Shown here in pieces: positions 1 to 19,907 of a stretch of DNA of 64,000 nt (within the stretch, counting starts at the first letter, position 1; each line of letters begins with the position of its first letter). The DNA lies in the NCBI GenBank assembly GCA_002104945.1, contig MCFH01000031.1, positions 310,001 through 374,000 on the forward strand. Direction: 5' to 3'. Origin of the DNA: Piromyces finnis finn (lineage: Eukaryota > Fungi > Neocallimastigomycota). Position numbers and translations under genes: made by a program. A model generated the notes under the pieces. It did not search any database, had not been told where the DNA came from, and was given only the letters and a program-made list of their open reading frames with translations.

Positions 1-1455
1 ATGATTTCTTAATCTATTTTTAATTGAATTTGGATCTATTTCAACCATTTTTATATATTTAAATTATTCTAATGTCTATTTTATTAAAATATATTTGTTA
101 TATATTATATATAAATTATAAAATAATATTTGAAAAACATTTAATCATTTAATAATTTAATAATAATAATAATAATAAAGAAACTTTTTTTTTAGAATTT
201 TTGCATAATAAAAAGGCTATTTTCTTATATTTTTATTTACAAAATATAATTATTTAAATTTCAACAATAATGATTATATATATAAATTCAACTTTTGATT
301 TTTACTTATAGATTCTTTAGTATTTTAAAATAACTTTTCATTAAAAATTTTATTAATTTCATCAAATAATCAATAAAGTATTTAATTATTTCATATTTTA
401 TATATAAACATTTATTTTATATCCTGTATCATTAATGAAAATATTAAATTTCAATTTTAAATTTCAAATGTAGATTCATATATTTTCTCATTATTATTTT
501 TTCTTATTATTTTTCATTTATTATTATTTTTTGATGAAAATCTTATATTGATTTATTATTGTATTGAATAAATATATATAATTAATGATAATATAATTTA
601 ATAAAAATTCATTTATTTTTCACTTTTTTTAAAGAAATGTTTAAGATAATTAAGCTTAATAATTAAATAATAGTTATATTTAATGTATTGAGGTTTATTG
701 TTGTTTTGTTCTTTTTGTTTATACTCCTATTAATCATGTGCTTAAATTATTAAAAATATTGCGATATTAATATATACCTAATCCAATGAGTATTTTAAAA
801 AAAAATAACTATACAAGACTTAATTTTTAATTTAAATATAATTGAAATTGAAATTATCCTAAAATCTTTAAATATTATTAATAAATTTTAAAAAAAAAAA
901 ATTACATAAATTTAAATTTTTTTTTTTAATTTGACCTTTATTATAAATACATTTAAAATATATTTTTGGTAAAATAATATATTAATTAATATATTGCATG
1001 GTATATTATTTTAATTGCTTTTAACAATAATATTTGTAAAAATACTAAATATTAAAAGAATATAAAAAAAATATTTTTGATCATGATTGGTTATTTTTAT
1101 TATAAAGATATGTCACAAAAATTTTATATAATATTCACATGGATATACAAAATCTATGTAAAGATAATAAATCTATGTTTTATTTATAATCTCTCATATA
1201 TTACCTTTTTTTTATAATAATATTATATTATTAATGTCAAATACGAAGCTTTTTCAATAATATTAAATCAATATTATACTTAAATATTATATATGTATTT
1301 TTATTTATTTTCTAATTTCTTTTTTTATATACTAAATATTGGAATCTAAAATTTTAAATTAATTTCTTTTAAAATTTATATATAAATCACTTAATATATC
1401 TAATATTTACAGTTATTTCTATATATACATTTAATTTTCTTTCTTTTTTATAGCT

Positions 1456-3069
1456 CTATTTATAAAGTGAACAATCAATTTTACTAGCATCTAAATCAAG
1501 ATTTTTAATTTGATAATCAAGTTTTAATTGATTAGCTAATTTACATGCATTAGCTATTTTATTAGTATTCTTTAAATAACTGACACCAAATACAGCTTTA
1601 TTTGCTTGAATAAATGGTTTATAAAGTTCACATTCACCATATTCATAGCATTCCTCATTCAATGCCCAATCATAATAAGGAAGTAAATCTTTAATTTGTT
1701 CCATATCATTCTTTAAACCAATAGATAACTTTCTTTTGTGAGCTTCATCAGCTAACCATTTGTTGAAATTCAATTGCTCATTATATGTAAAATCATTTTC
1801 CTTAAAAGTGTAACCATCGACATTGTCAATTTCAACACCATCACAATCCTTTTCAACAGCAAGATCTAAACGATTTTGAATAAGTGGTTTTAGTTTTGAA
1901 CTTCTAATATTAACCCAGTTTTCATCTTCCCAATCTTCCATTTCTTCTAAAACAACACCTTTATTTAAGAATTCCTCTGCATCATCTCTCCAGCTTTCTA
2001 TTGTACCACCTGAGAAATAACATATAACTTTTTTACCTTTATTCTTTAATTCTTTAATTTTATTAACTGGTGTTTCAAAAAGATCTAAATCAAATATATC
2101 TGCGTTAACAGATGTATCGACTTTATTACATCCAGAAAGTTGCCATTGAAATTTTGTTCCTGGTTTTGGTTGGTAAATTCTATTGCTATTGACATCAACT
2201 GCATTGTTAGTAACGGCTATATTTTTGATAGTGGTGGTCTTTCTTGATATGGTATTAGTAGTGGTATTCATTTTAGAATATGTTGAAACACTTTTAGTAA
2301 TGATATTTTTTTTTGTTGTAGTTGAAAGATTTCTAGTAGTTGTATTTATTGTAGTTGTATTTATTTTAGTAGTAGTAGTTTTTTTAGTAGTAGTATATTT
2401 CTTTGTTGTTGCTTTTTTTACTGTAGTTGTATAAACTTTACGAGTTGTTTTAGGTTGAATATTTACTGATGTTATAGTCTTTTTAATAGTTTTAACTATA
2501 GTTCTCATTTTTGCACTATAATATGAAGTTATTTTGAATGCCATTTTAGTATTATTATTGTCAATAATTTGTTTATTTTGGACATTTGTATTAAATTGTA
2601 GAATGTTATAATTATTATTTGTTTCTAATGGTTGTTGTTCTGGAACTGTTTCAATTACATATTCATTATGAATTAAATTATTTCCTTCAAATTCAAATAA
2701 TTTTCTACCTTGTGTATCATGTTTGGCAAGAAGTAGTAAGGTATTAGTTTTATATATTTCATCATTATAGTTAAATTCATTTCTTTTTTGTAATAATAAA
2801 GATCTTTTTCTTTTTTCTTCTCTTATTTTCTATTACATTTTTATTAAATTAGAATTTATTATTATAATTAATCAATAATATTATAAATTATTATGTTTAT
2901 TAACCTTGTATTTTTCTACTGATTGTCTAAATTTTATAATTGGATTTTCATCGGATTTTTTTGGAGTTCTACCAGCTCTACCTCTATTCCTTCTTGGTTT
3001 TGCTTCACTAGTACATGTGAAACAAACAAAAAGAAATAATATAATTAAACTTAAATTTTTAATATTCAT
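1456..3069 (-). CDS. Secreted glycoside hydrolase family 114 (endo-alpha-1,4-polygalactosaminidase-like) with signal peptide, basic pro-region and Thr/Lys-rich linker, ~512 aa
   Basis: Exon 1 3069-2905 (MNIKNLSLIILFLFVCFTCTSEA signal-like). GT-AG intron 2904-2830. Exon 2 2829-1456 runs in frame into the 362-aa ORF. C-terminal domain has GH114 motifs FQWQL, DIFDLDLF, VICYFSGG..E.WR.D, DGVEIDNVDGY, IGLKND, ALNEEC. Confidence 0.88.
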
Positions 3070-4720
3070 TTATAAAATATATATAATTGATATTTTATTA
3101 TTTATAATTCAATTTTGTATACTTTTTTTCTTTATTTTAATAAGAAAAAAAAAGTATAAATAAAAATTTACACAATGAAAAATACAATTATTTATATGGT
3201 TTCTTAAATTATATATAAGTTTCTAAATTTTAAGAAATAGAACAAATTTTTAGTTATGAATAATAATTAATTTGCATATTAATTTTAATTAAGGTTGTAC
3301 AGAAAATGGAGGTTACTAATTATAGAAAATGATTATTCCAATAACCATTCACTGTTAATAATTTAATGTTTAAAGTTCTAAAATGTTAAAATAAGTGTTA
3401 CACTGATAATTACTATATATTAAATTAAATTAAATTAAATTATAACTGGATATAAATTAATTTCACTAATAATTCATAATGGATTTAACTATAATTGTAA
3501 TTTATAGCCCAATCTAAAAAAATATTAAAAATAAAAACTATTAATTATATTATAAAAATGACAGAAATGCTGATTAATATTATATCATTGAAACAATATG
3601 ACTTTATAATCAAAACTATATTAAAAAAATGTTTAAAATAAAGTATTATTAACATTACTTAATATAACATCTAACATAGTAATCAATTACAATCAGCTTA
3701 TTTTATGATAATACAAAATAAATTCTACTATTTGAAATTTTAGTAATAATAAACAATACTTTATTTATTTTTATCTTTTTGAAATCTTTTTGAATACAAC
3801 TATGAAACTGCCTATAGATATTTTTTATCTATAATAATTATAATAATATATCAGTAATATTAAGTAAATTAAAATAAATAAAAACAATAATTATCTTATA
3901 AATACTGTTTCATATTTTTTCATAGACTTGATTTTGATGTTATTGTCATTTTATTAACTAATTATTAATTAATTTTATTATAGGCACAATTAAAAAATAT
4001 CATATATATATATTCAATAATAAATTTTCCATAAAATATTACTAATTAATAGTTAAGAAAAAAACTACATATATTTAATATTTTCTAATAATTCTTATTT
4101 TTATAAAAACTTTAAACATATTAATAATATTTATTATGTTAATATTCCCATTATTATAATTATATTAATTTAATAATTATTTGAATACTATATTTGAATA
4201 TCTATTTTTTTTTTTTTTTTTTTTTTATTATTATTATTTTATTATAATAACTTTAATAAAAACTAAATTATTAAGCTTTTTGTTTTTATTTAAAATAAAT
4301 TGATTTTTATATATATACAAGCGGTAAATTTATATAAACATATATTACTATATATAGTAAATTATATATTAGTAAAAATGGGTACATTTTTAAATAAATT
4401 AAATATAAATTATGTCATGATATTATGATTATTATTAATAATTATTAATAATTATTAATACTTTTAATATTTAAGTTGTTATATTTAAATTTTAAATTCA
4501 TAGAAAAAAGATACTATATATGTATAAAGATATAAAATTTTACAATTGGTCATGTTTTATATTAAAAATTAATTTAATACCAAACAAAAAAAGAATTATC
4601 AAACTAAAAAATGTATATTTATTAAATATGATAAAATTTATAATATACTTAAATCCATATTTAATATATTAAATGAAAAATAAATGAATAATATATCAAT
4701 GAGATAAAAGTAATTATCAT

Positions 4721-4807
4721 GTCGAGTTCCAACGCGTTAGCCAAAATTCGAATTTCAATGAAGTAGCTAAAATAAACATGTTCACAAAAGGATTACATCC
4801 AAAAATA
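4721..4807 (+). mobile_element. Short degenerate Ty3/gypsy-type retrotransposon gag fragment
   Basis: Locally GC/CpG-richer island in an AT desert. It translates as VEFQRVSQNSNFNEVAKINMFTKGLHPKI, resembling the gag capsid pattern EF..LA....WN..AL...F..GL...I. No LTR, pol or flanking ORF seen. Confidence 0.5.
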
Positions 4808-5716
4808 TATTTCTTTTTTTTATAAGATAATAGTATATTTAGTAATATTTTACAAAAATCTCATAGTAATTATAAATAAATTGATTACAACAGAAATTTT
4901 GATTACTATATAGAAATAAAAAAATTGTAATTTTTTTAATTATTATCCTAATAATTCTTTATTTAATTAATAAATATTTATTATTTTATATTAATGAAAA
5001 TATAATAAAGAATATATTTAAATATGATTTTTACATAATTAGTTCAATCAATATTATTTATATTTAAAACATTGTAATAATTATTATTTCATATTTAATC
5101 ATATAATCCATTCTTGAAGCATGTTTAATGAAATATCAAACTATATATTATTAGCTACTTATATTAGTATAACTTAAACTATATAATCATGCTATTATTA
5201 ATAGAGAAATAAAAAATATAAAATAAAACAAATATCAAACATTATTTAATAGGCAACATTATAATAATTTATATAATGATAAATTAGATAGGTTTAAAAG
5301 TTTTATTTTTATTTATTGATTAATTTTATATTATTTTTTTATTTATATACTGAAATACTGAATTATTATTGTTTATTATATTTCTAATGAATTATTATTG
5401 AAATAAATACTAAATTATGTAAAGTTATATATCAATATTACTGATAATTGTCTTATATTAAAATAAATAAAACATATTGATAATAATCTAATAGATTTAC
5501 TTTATTTTATATCCGTGAACTACTATAGAATTTTATTATTATTATTATTATTATTTTATTACTGTTGTTTTCTATTTTAATTAATTTTTATTGAAATATT
5601 ATAATTAATATATTTTAATTATCTTATATTTTATATTGATAATACTAATAATGTATATAATTGAGTGTTTGTCGATATATTTATGAATTGTTTTTTATAA
5701 AATGAAAATAATACTA

Positions 5717-6589
5717 CTATGAATTATTATTTTGTGGCTCTTGTTCAGAATTATTTATTAAATTATTGTTTGAATCCTCTGCAAAACCATTAACAGCTTC
5801 ATCATATGTTGGTGGTAACAATGGTAAATCATCATCATCTAAAACCATTTCACCATCTTCATTAGATTGATGTTGCTCATTAGTAGTAGGTCCTTCACTT
5901 TCACTTAAATTTGGAGCAATATTTTGTTCAATTACTTCATCTTCATTATTACCATCGAGCGGTTGATATACAGGTAAAATATCATCTTCGGGTTGATGTC
6001 TACGATTTGGTAATGTTACCATTAATAATTCATTTGGTGCCATGTTATTTAAAAAATCTTCATCTGCTCTTTGCCTATTAAATAAGCTTAGCATAATTAG
6101 CATAAAGAGGAATAGTGAAAAAAGTGGCTCACCAGATTGATTTTGAGCTTCCGCTTTTGTAATACAAGTATCAGAATAAAAATCACAAATAAGGTTATCT
6201 TCACAAATAATATGATTATTATTACAAAATTGACCTTGTTTATTAACAATTAAACACATACCTATTGTATCATTAACAAGGTTTTTATGACATGATACAC
6301 CACATTTTTTCTTATCTCCTATACTATAATTACAATCTAAATCATTTGTACAAGGTATTTTTACCATACAATAATTTGTACAAGTATAATCGGTTACATT
6401 ACAAACAGCCATATCTGTTAAAAAATCATCAAAATTTGTACAATGAGAATCTTCTTTACAATTCACAATAATTTTTTGTGATTCGACAACTAAATTTTCA
6501 TTTTTACTTTCATCCTGATGTTTTTTAGCCTCACAATTATATATGGCTAATAGTAATAAAACTTTTTGAAATAAATTCATTATTCTCAT
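5717..6589 (-). CDS. Cys-rich single-pass (type I) membrane protein with cytoplasmic PY motifs, 290 aa
   Basis: Intronless ORF. N-terminal hydrophobic signal (LFQKVLLLLAIYNCEA), 14-Cys ectodomain, TM segment PLFSLFLFMLIMLSLF followed by NRQR, acidic tail with LPVY and PPTYDEAV. Confidence 0.8.
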   Translation of the reverse strand: MRIMNLFQKVLLLLAIYNCEAKKHQDESKNENLVVESQKIIVNCKEDSHCTNFDDFLTDMAVCNVTDYTCTNYCMVKIPCTNDLDCNYSIGDKKKCGVSCHKNLVNDTIGMCLIVNKQGQFCNNNHIICEDNLICDFYSDTCITKAEAQNQSGEPLFSLFLFMLIMLSLFNRQRADEDFLNNMAPNELLMVTLPNRRHQPEDDILPVYQPLDGNNEDEVIEQNIAPNLSESEGPTTNEQHQSNEDGEMVLDDDDLPLLPPTYDEAVNGFAEDSNNNLINNSEQEPQNNNS

Positions 6590-7583
6590 TTTTATTTTTT
6601 TTTAAAAAAAAAATATTGAAAAGATATTTTCTCCAATAATTATTATATAATTATATTTTACAAATTATAAAAATGTATTTTTCAATTGATTTCCGAATGA
6701 TAAAATATATATTAATTTAAGATAGAGTTTTGATTATTTAAAATTTGAATTTATTATTAATTTATCTTTTATTATTAATATATTTATTTATATTCTTTGT
6801 ATTAATCAATTCTTTTAAATTTGAATGTTTAATTTTTTATGTATTTCCTTTTATTTGTTTTTGTTTATTGTTTTTATTTGTTTTCTTTAATATGTATTAT
6901 TTTGAAAATACAAACTTTTATTTACATAAACTTCAATTATTTTTTATTGATTATTATATATGATTGAAAAAATTAATTATTTATTTACTATATTTATTAA
7001 AAAATAAAAAAAAAATAAAACAAAATAAAACAAAATAAATGTCTTATATTAATTTATTTTTATATTTATAATATTTAAAGCATAGAATTTGTTATTGATT
7101 ATTTTTTGTTTTTAATTTTTAATTTCTTTTTTTTTTTTTTATTTTATTTTATTTTATTTTTTTTTTTTTATCTATATTTAAATTTTATGTTTTTATATTT
7201 TTTAATGAAAAAAAGAAATTTAAGAAATAAAAGGAACAATGTCAAATTACTTTTAGGAAAAATAATGGTAAATAAATTTTCTTATATTTATTTTTATAAT
7301 TATTTATTTATCAATTATCTTATATAATTATTAATATTATTTGTTAAAATATATTAAAAAAATTAAATGGAATTTCTATTTTTAACCTTTAATTTATGAT
7401 TATAATAATTATTTAAATAATGTATTTAAAATTGATACATTAATGTATTATATTTTAATCATTAATAATTATATTAAAATAAAACTAATATCTTTATTCA
7501 TATTTTATCTAATGAAATCAAAGGATAAAGTATTTTTAAATAACTTATTATTTTAAAAATTTATTTTAAAAATTTATTAAAAT

Positions 7584-14630
<7,047 letters not shown>

Positions 14631-17600
14631 TTTTTTATAATTTGATTTTAAATAATATGATAGTTTTTTGTTTTTATATCTTTTTCTCTCTTTTTCTTAT
14701 TGATATCAATTAAATATTTGAATACTTATAATTTATAGTTTATTTATTAAGAATAATTTTACTTTTGTTATAAAAATTTTTTCTGTTTTTGGTAAACAAT
14801 TCATATAGAGAATAGTCTGTAATTAATAATATAATAATATATTGATAACTATATGATGATATAATATTTTACAATATTGTTTTATAAATTATTATAAATC
14901 AGTGTATATATTCTGTTTTTTCCTAATATAAACAAAAAAGTTTTAGTACTATTACATAAATTATATAGTATTGATAAACTTCCTTTTTTTAGTATGTTAA
15001 TATTTTTAGATGATTAAGTAATAACTTTTTTAAATGAATGAAGTGCTAAATAATTGAATATACTATACATGATATGGTTTTAAATTATTATTATAATTTT
15101 AATTATTACTGTAGTATTCATAAAAATAAAACTATTAATTTTAATTAAATAATTTTATCTTTGAATAATTTACTGAAAAATATTTTTTATTCTATACATA
15201 AGATTATAAGATAAAAGTTCATATAAAAAGATAGTTACTGACTCTAAGAATTTTTAATTATGTACATATATTTTTAATATTTTTACCAAAACCAAAATAA
15301 TTATACGGTTTATAATCTTGTTTCCTTTTGACTTTTCTTTTTTTTTTTTTAAAGTTAATGTAATAAAAAATTTTTTTTATAATTTCTTAATTTAAGCAAA
15401 CATTACATGTTATTTTACTATCTTTTTTTAAAAAAAAATTATTTCATATATTCAATATTCATATATATCATATATAATTTGAATTATTAATTGATTTTTA
15501 ATGTTTATATTTTTAATTGGACTGAACTTTTCTTTTTCTTTTGTTTGAAAATAATAATTTAACTACAATTATTATTAAAAATTTTCCTTTTATTTATTTC
15601 TTAATTCTTTTATAAAAGGTTTTTAATTAAGTTCAATTATATTTATAGTTTTCTTTTATTATAAATCCAAATTACAATTATCACATTTGATTTATAAAAA
15701 AAGAATGTGCATTAATAAAAAATATATTAGAAACAAATTCAATATCTAACTATATAAATAAACAATTATAATAGGTTTTTTTTTAGTTTTTATATTTCTT
15801 TAAATCCATAGAAATAAAATAAATTATTGTATAATTTAGTTTTTCTTTTTCTTTTTTTTTTTTTTTTTTTTTTTTTGATAAAAAATATTATTTTAAGGTT
15901 TAACCTTCCTAAATATTACCCATTTCTATTAATAATACAATACATATACTTAAAGTTTAATACATATATATTATTCTTCATATGCAATTTGAATTTTATA
16001 TAATATGCATTTCAAGTTATTTTTATAGTAGTTTAAAATATTGATAAATTAACATGTAACATACATTATAATTATGAAAAAAAAAAAAAAAAGGTATTAA
16101 TCTATTATATATAACAGATGAACGAAGTAGTCATTCAGAAATTAATTTAAGAAATATTTTTATTTTGAGAAAAAAATGTATTAAAGTATAAATATTAATT
16201 ATAAAAAAAAAAGTAGGTTTTTAGTTATTTCAAATCTTTCGATTCTTTTTTAAATTATATAAAGATATATAATTTTCCTTATTATCTATTAATATTAGTG
16301 TATTGACTTAAAAAAAAAGAATGTTGTTTTAAAATAAAAAAAAAAAAATAATTATAAATCTTCATTTCCGTTATATTTAATAAACAAAGACAAAAATTAA
16401 TCAAATAAAATTAATAAGCTTTTTTTTTAAAAAAAAAAAAGGAAAAAAAAAACTTTATTTTTTTTTTAAATATGAGAATAGATTTCTTGATTATTATTTA
16501 AAAAATAGAATTAATAAAAAATAGATATCATTATTTTAATCATAAACTTTAAATTATGATGTTAAAATAACAAATTATAATATTATTTTCTTAAAAAAAA
16601 AAAGTATATAGGAGAATATTTGAAGATAAATTTATAAATTTTAGAAAACAAAACCATTTTAAAGAAAAAAAAGCATTTATTATTTAATATTATTTAAAAT
16701 ATTATAAAAAAAAAAAATTATATTTTTTTAAATTAGATTTATACAGAAGTTGGGTATTATAGTAACTTTTTAAAATAAATGGAAATATATTAATATTAAA
16801 ATCTAGAAATGATATTAATAAGAAAACAAGAATAAATTTGGAAATTTCATTTAAAATATAAATAATATAACAATTAACAATTATTCTTCATCATTTATTT
16901 AGTTGTTCAAACTCTAAATATTTGATGATTATGTAAATTCATATAAAAACTTTTATCTGAACTAATTTAGTCTATTTTCAATAATTATTTTTAATTAATA
17001 CAAAAATAATAAATTATTATGCCTAAAAAAAAGTAACAGATATAAATATATATAATAATTTCTTCATAAGTAGTTTTAATTGATTATTAATTAATATTAA
17101 AAAAAAAGTGGTTTTTATTAACAAAAAAAATTTTAGCTTTTTACCTTTTTAACTCAACTTTATTGTGTAACAGATTACGATAATATTTTATTATATATAA
17201 CAAAACTTTAAAAAATTTATTTATTTCCTTCTTCTTTATAAAAGATCTTTTGATAACAAATATATATAATGCATAAAATTGATTATTGTATAATTCATCA
17301 CTTTAAAAAAATATATGATGAACATTATAATTCATAAAAATCATTTATACTTATTCTTTTTATATTAATAAATGTAATCCCTAACCTTTATCACTAATTA
17401 TTATTATCATATATCCAGTATTTTTTGGTTAATATTCAAAACTCAACCAATCTTTTCATAAACATAAATTAAAAATCTAACAACAAAATGCGGTTCATTT
17501 CATTTAAAATTTTTATCATGAATAATTTTTCTTAAACCAAATCTTAAAGAGGGTAATAATATTGATGAAAGAATTATAAATATTATTCAATTATAATTCT

Positions 17601-18900
17601 TATTTACATTATAATAAAAATAAGAATACTATAAATAATAATTATAATAATTATAAATAATAATAAATTATTATTTAGTAGCACTTAAAAAAGTTCTTTG
17701 AAAATTTTAAAACTTTATATGAAACAGTTGATAATGTACCCATTATTAATAAAACTGGATATTCATTTTTTAATTTTAATATGATGAAATATAATTATTA
17801 ACCCTGATAAATAAATAAGTAAAAATATATATATATAGTGTTTCTTTTATATATTCTCTTTTTTTTTAAAAATGTAATTTTTATAATTCTTTTTTCACAC
17901 TTTTGCTTATGAAATTTTTTTTTTTAAGATTTTCTTGTTGATTAATAAATATTATTAAATAAAGTTTAAAATTATAAATTAAATTTAATATTAAAAAGAG
18001 CGGAACTTATATTTTATTAATATATAAAGTTTAGCTTTTTGTTATTAAAATAAAAAAAAGTTTCCATTAATTTAAATTTTTATATTAATAAAAATGAATA
18101 GAACTATTGATTTTATAATTAATAAAATATAATAGTAATATAATATATAAATTATTACTCTAATAGTAATAAATCATTTTTTAATATATTTTTAATACAA
18201 AAACGTAAACAAAAGTAAAAAGTTAAAATTATAATAATCATAAGCCTTTTTTTATTTTTATTTTATATTATATCTTTTTTTTCTAAAGTTATTTCTATTA
18301 TGAAAAGTTATTCATAGATTGAATAACTTTTCATAATATTGTTTTAATATTCGATTTAGATATATTATGAAAAAATAAATAATTTGGAATTCGATTTACT
18401 AGTATTAGGTATAGAATTTATTAATAATGTTATTTTTATTATCTATTATTATTATTATTAAATATCTCAATTATTTAACAGATTCACTAGTATTTCAGAT
18501 TGAATATATAATTTTATTTTTTTATGTAATATTTCTTTAATATATTATTATTTATAGCCATTTAATCATATTTATTATTTCTATAGTAATTTTCTTTATT
18601 ATTAGATATTTTATTATAAAATAAAATTTTTCAAAAGTTTTCATTTTTTGACTTTTTTATCTTTTTTTCTATTTGTTGTATTTTATATGAAAAAAAAAAT
18701 AAACCTTAAAAAAAACAAACTAATGAGAGAAAAGTTCAAAAAATAGTTTTTTTTTCTTTGTTATAATAAAAAATATACGAAACATTTATATAAAAAATTA
18801 TTATTATTATTATTATTTTTTTTTTTTGTAAAATAGTATTTTTTTTAATAAATTAAACTAGTATATAAAATTTAAAAAATTGAATTATAATTATAATTAT

Positions 18901-19009
18901 AATAATAATAATAATAATAATAACAATAACAACAACAACAACAACAACAATAATAATAATAATAACAATAATAACAACAACAACAATAATAATAACAATA
19001 ATAACAATA
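18901..19009. repeat. Intergenic (AAT/AAC)n microsatellite
   Basis: Mixed AAT/AAC triplets about 0.9 kb upstream of the rhomboid gene. Confidence 0.9.
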
Positions 19010-19907
19010 GTTAATTTCACAAATCATAATTTAACTTTTCATAAAATATCTGTATTATGTATTTTTTTTAAACCCTCTATTCATTATTCTATGTACATGT
19101 GTTTATTATGAAGTTTTATAAACCAAATTTTGATATAATATAATAACCTAATAATATATAATGAATATCAAACATTGCCAATATATTTAATTTAATCAAC
19201 AGTTGAAGAAAAATTGTATTATAAAAATTAAAATAAAAGATTATTCCTTTTGTATTATACATATAACCAGATATAATCGGATATATATAATTATAAGAAC
19301 GAAGTATCTATTAATTATTATACAGAGAAAAAAGACATCTACATATTTATGAATTAGTTTATTTGCTAATCAAAATCTTAATCAATATTACTGAATATTA
19401 TTTAAGCTATTAATAATATTATATACTATAGTATATCAATAAGTTAACCACTAATAAAAGTAATAGTGAAACCTCTAAATTTTTAAATATTATATACAAT
19501 TGTGTAAATATTAATAATTTCAATTTCTAAGTTTTTCCCATAAATGAAGTAAAAACAAATTTTTATATATAAATCTCTATGTAATCATACGTAATATATG
19601 TTTTTAGAGATAAAGAGGAGAAATTTACAAATAAATAATTAATGAAAGAAATTCATTTGTAATTTAGATTAATATATTATAATTAACTACAATATATTGT
19701 TATAATAAAATATTATTTTTGAAATTAATAGATTTAGATAATCTTTTAAATTAAAAAGTAATAAATTTAAATATATATTATAGAATTATAAAATTTAACA
19801 CATAATATCATTTTAACTATTATATTTTTAACAATAAATTTACCTTATTATTCATTCATATTTATATATAATTTTATATGAAAAAAAAAAAAGATACTTT
19901 ATTTAAA

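Noticed and set aside
2183-3163. Hydrophobic plus-strand ORFs 2183-2434 and 2906-3163
   Set aside because: Antisense shadows of the Thr/Lys-rich GH114 coding strand.
6745-7327. Phe/Leu-rich ORFs 6745-6963 and 7106-7327 (similarly 28940-29140, 30333-30554, 52086-52295)
   Set aside because: Short low-complexity ORFs expected by chance in T-rich intergenic DNA; they have non-ATG starts or no coding signature.
17341-17780. Slightly higher-complexity stretch with short protein-like readings on both strands (e.g. ILSSILLPSLRFGLRKIIHDKNFK*, KFFENFKTLYETVDNVPIINKTGY)
   Set aside because: Multiple stops, no recognisable motif and no consistent strand. It may be a decayed gene or TE but cannot be supported without tBLASTx.
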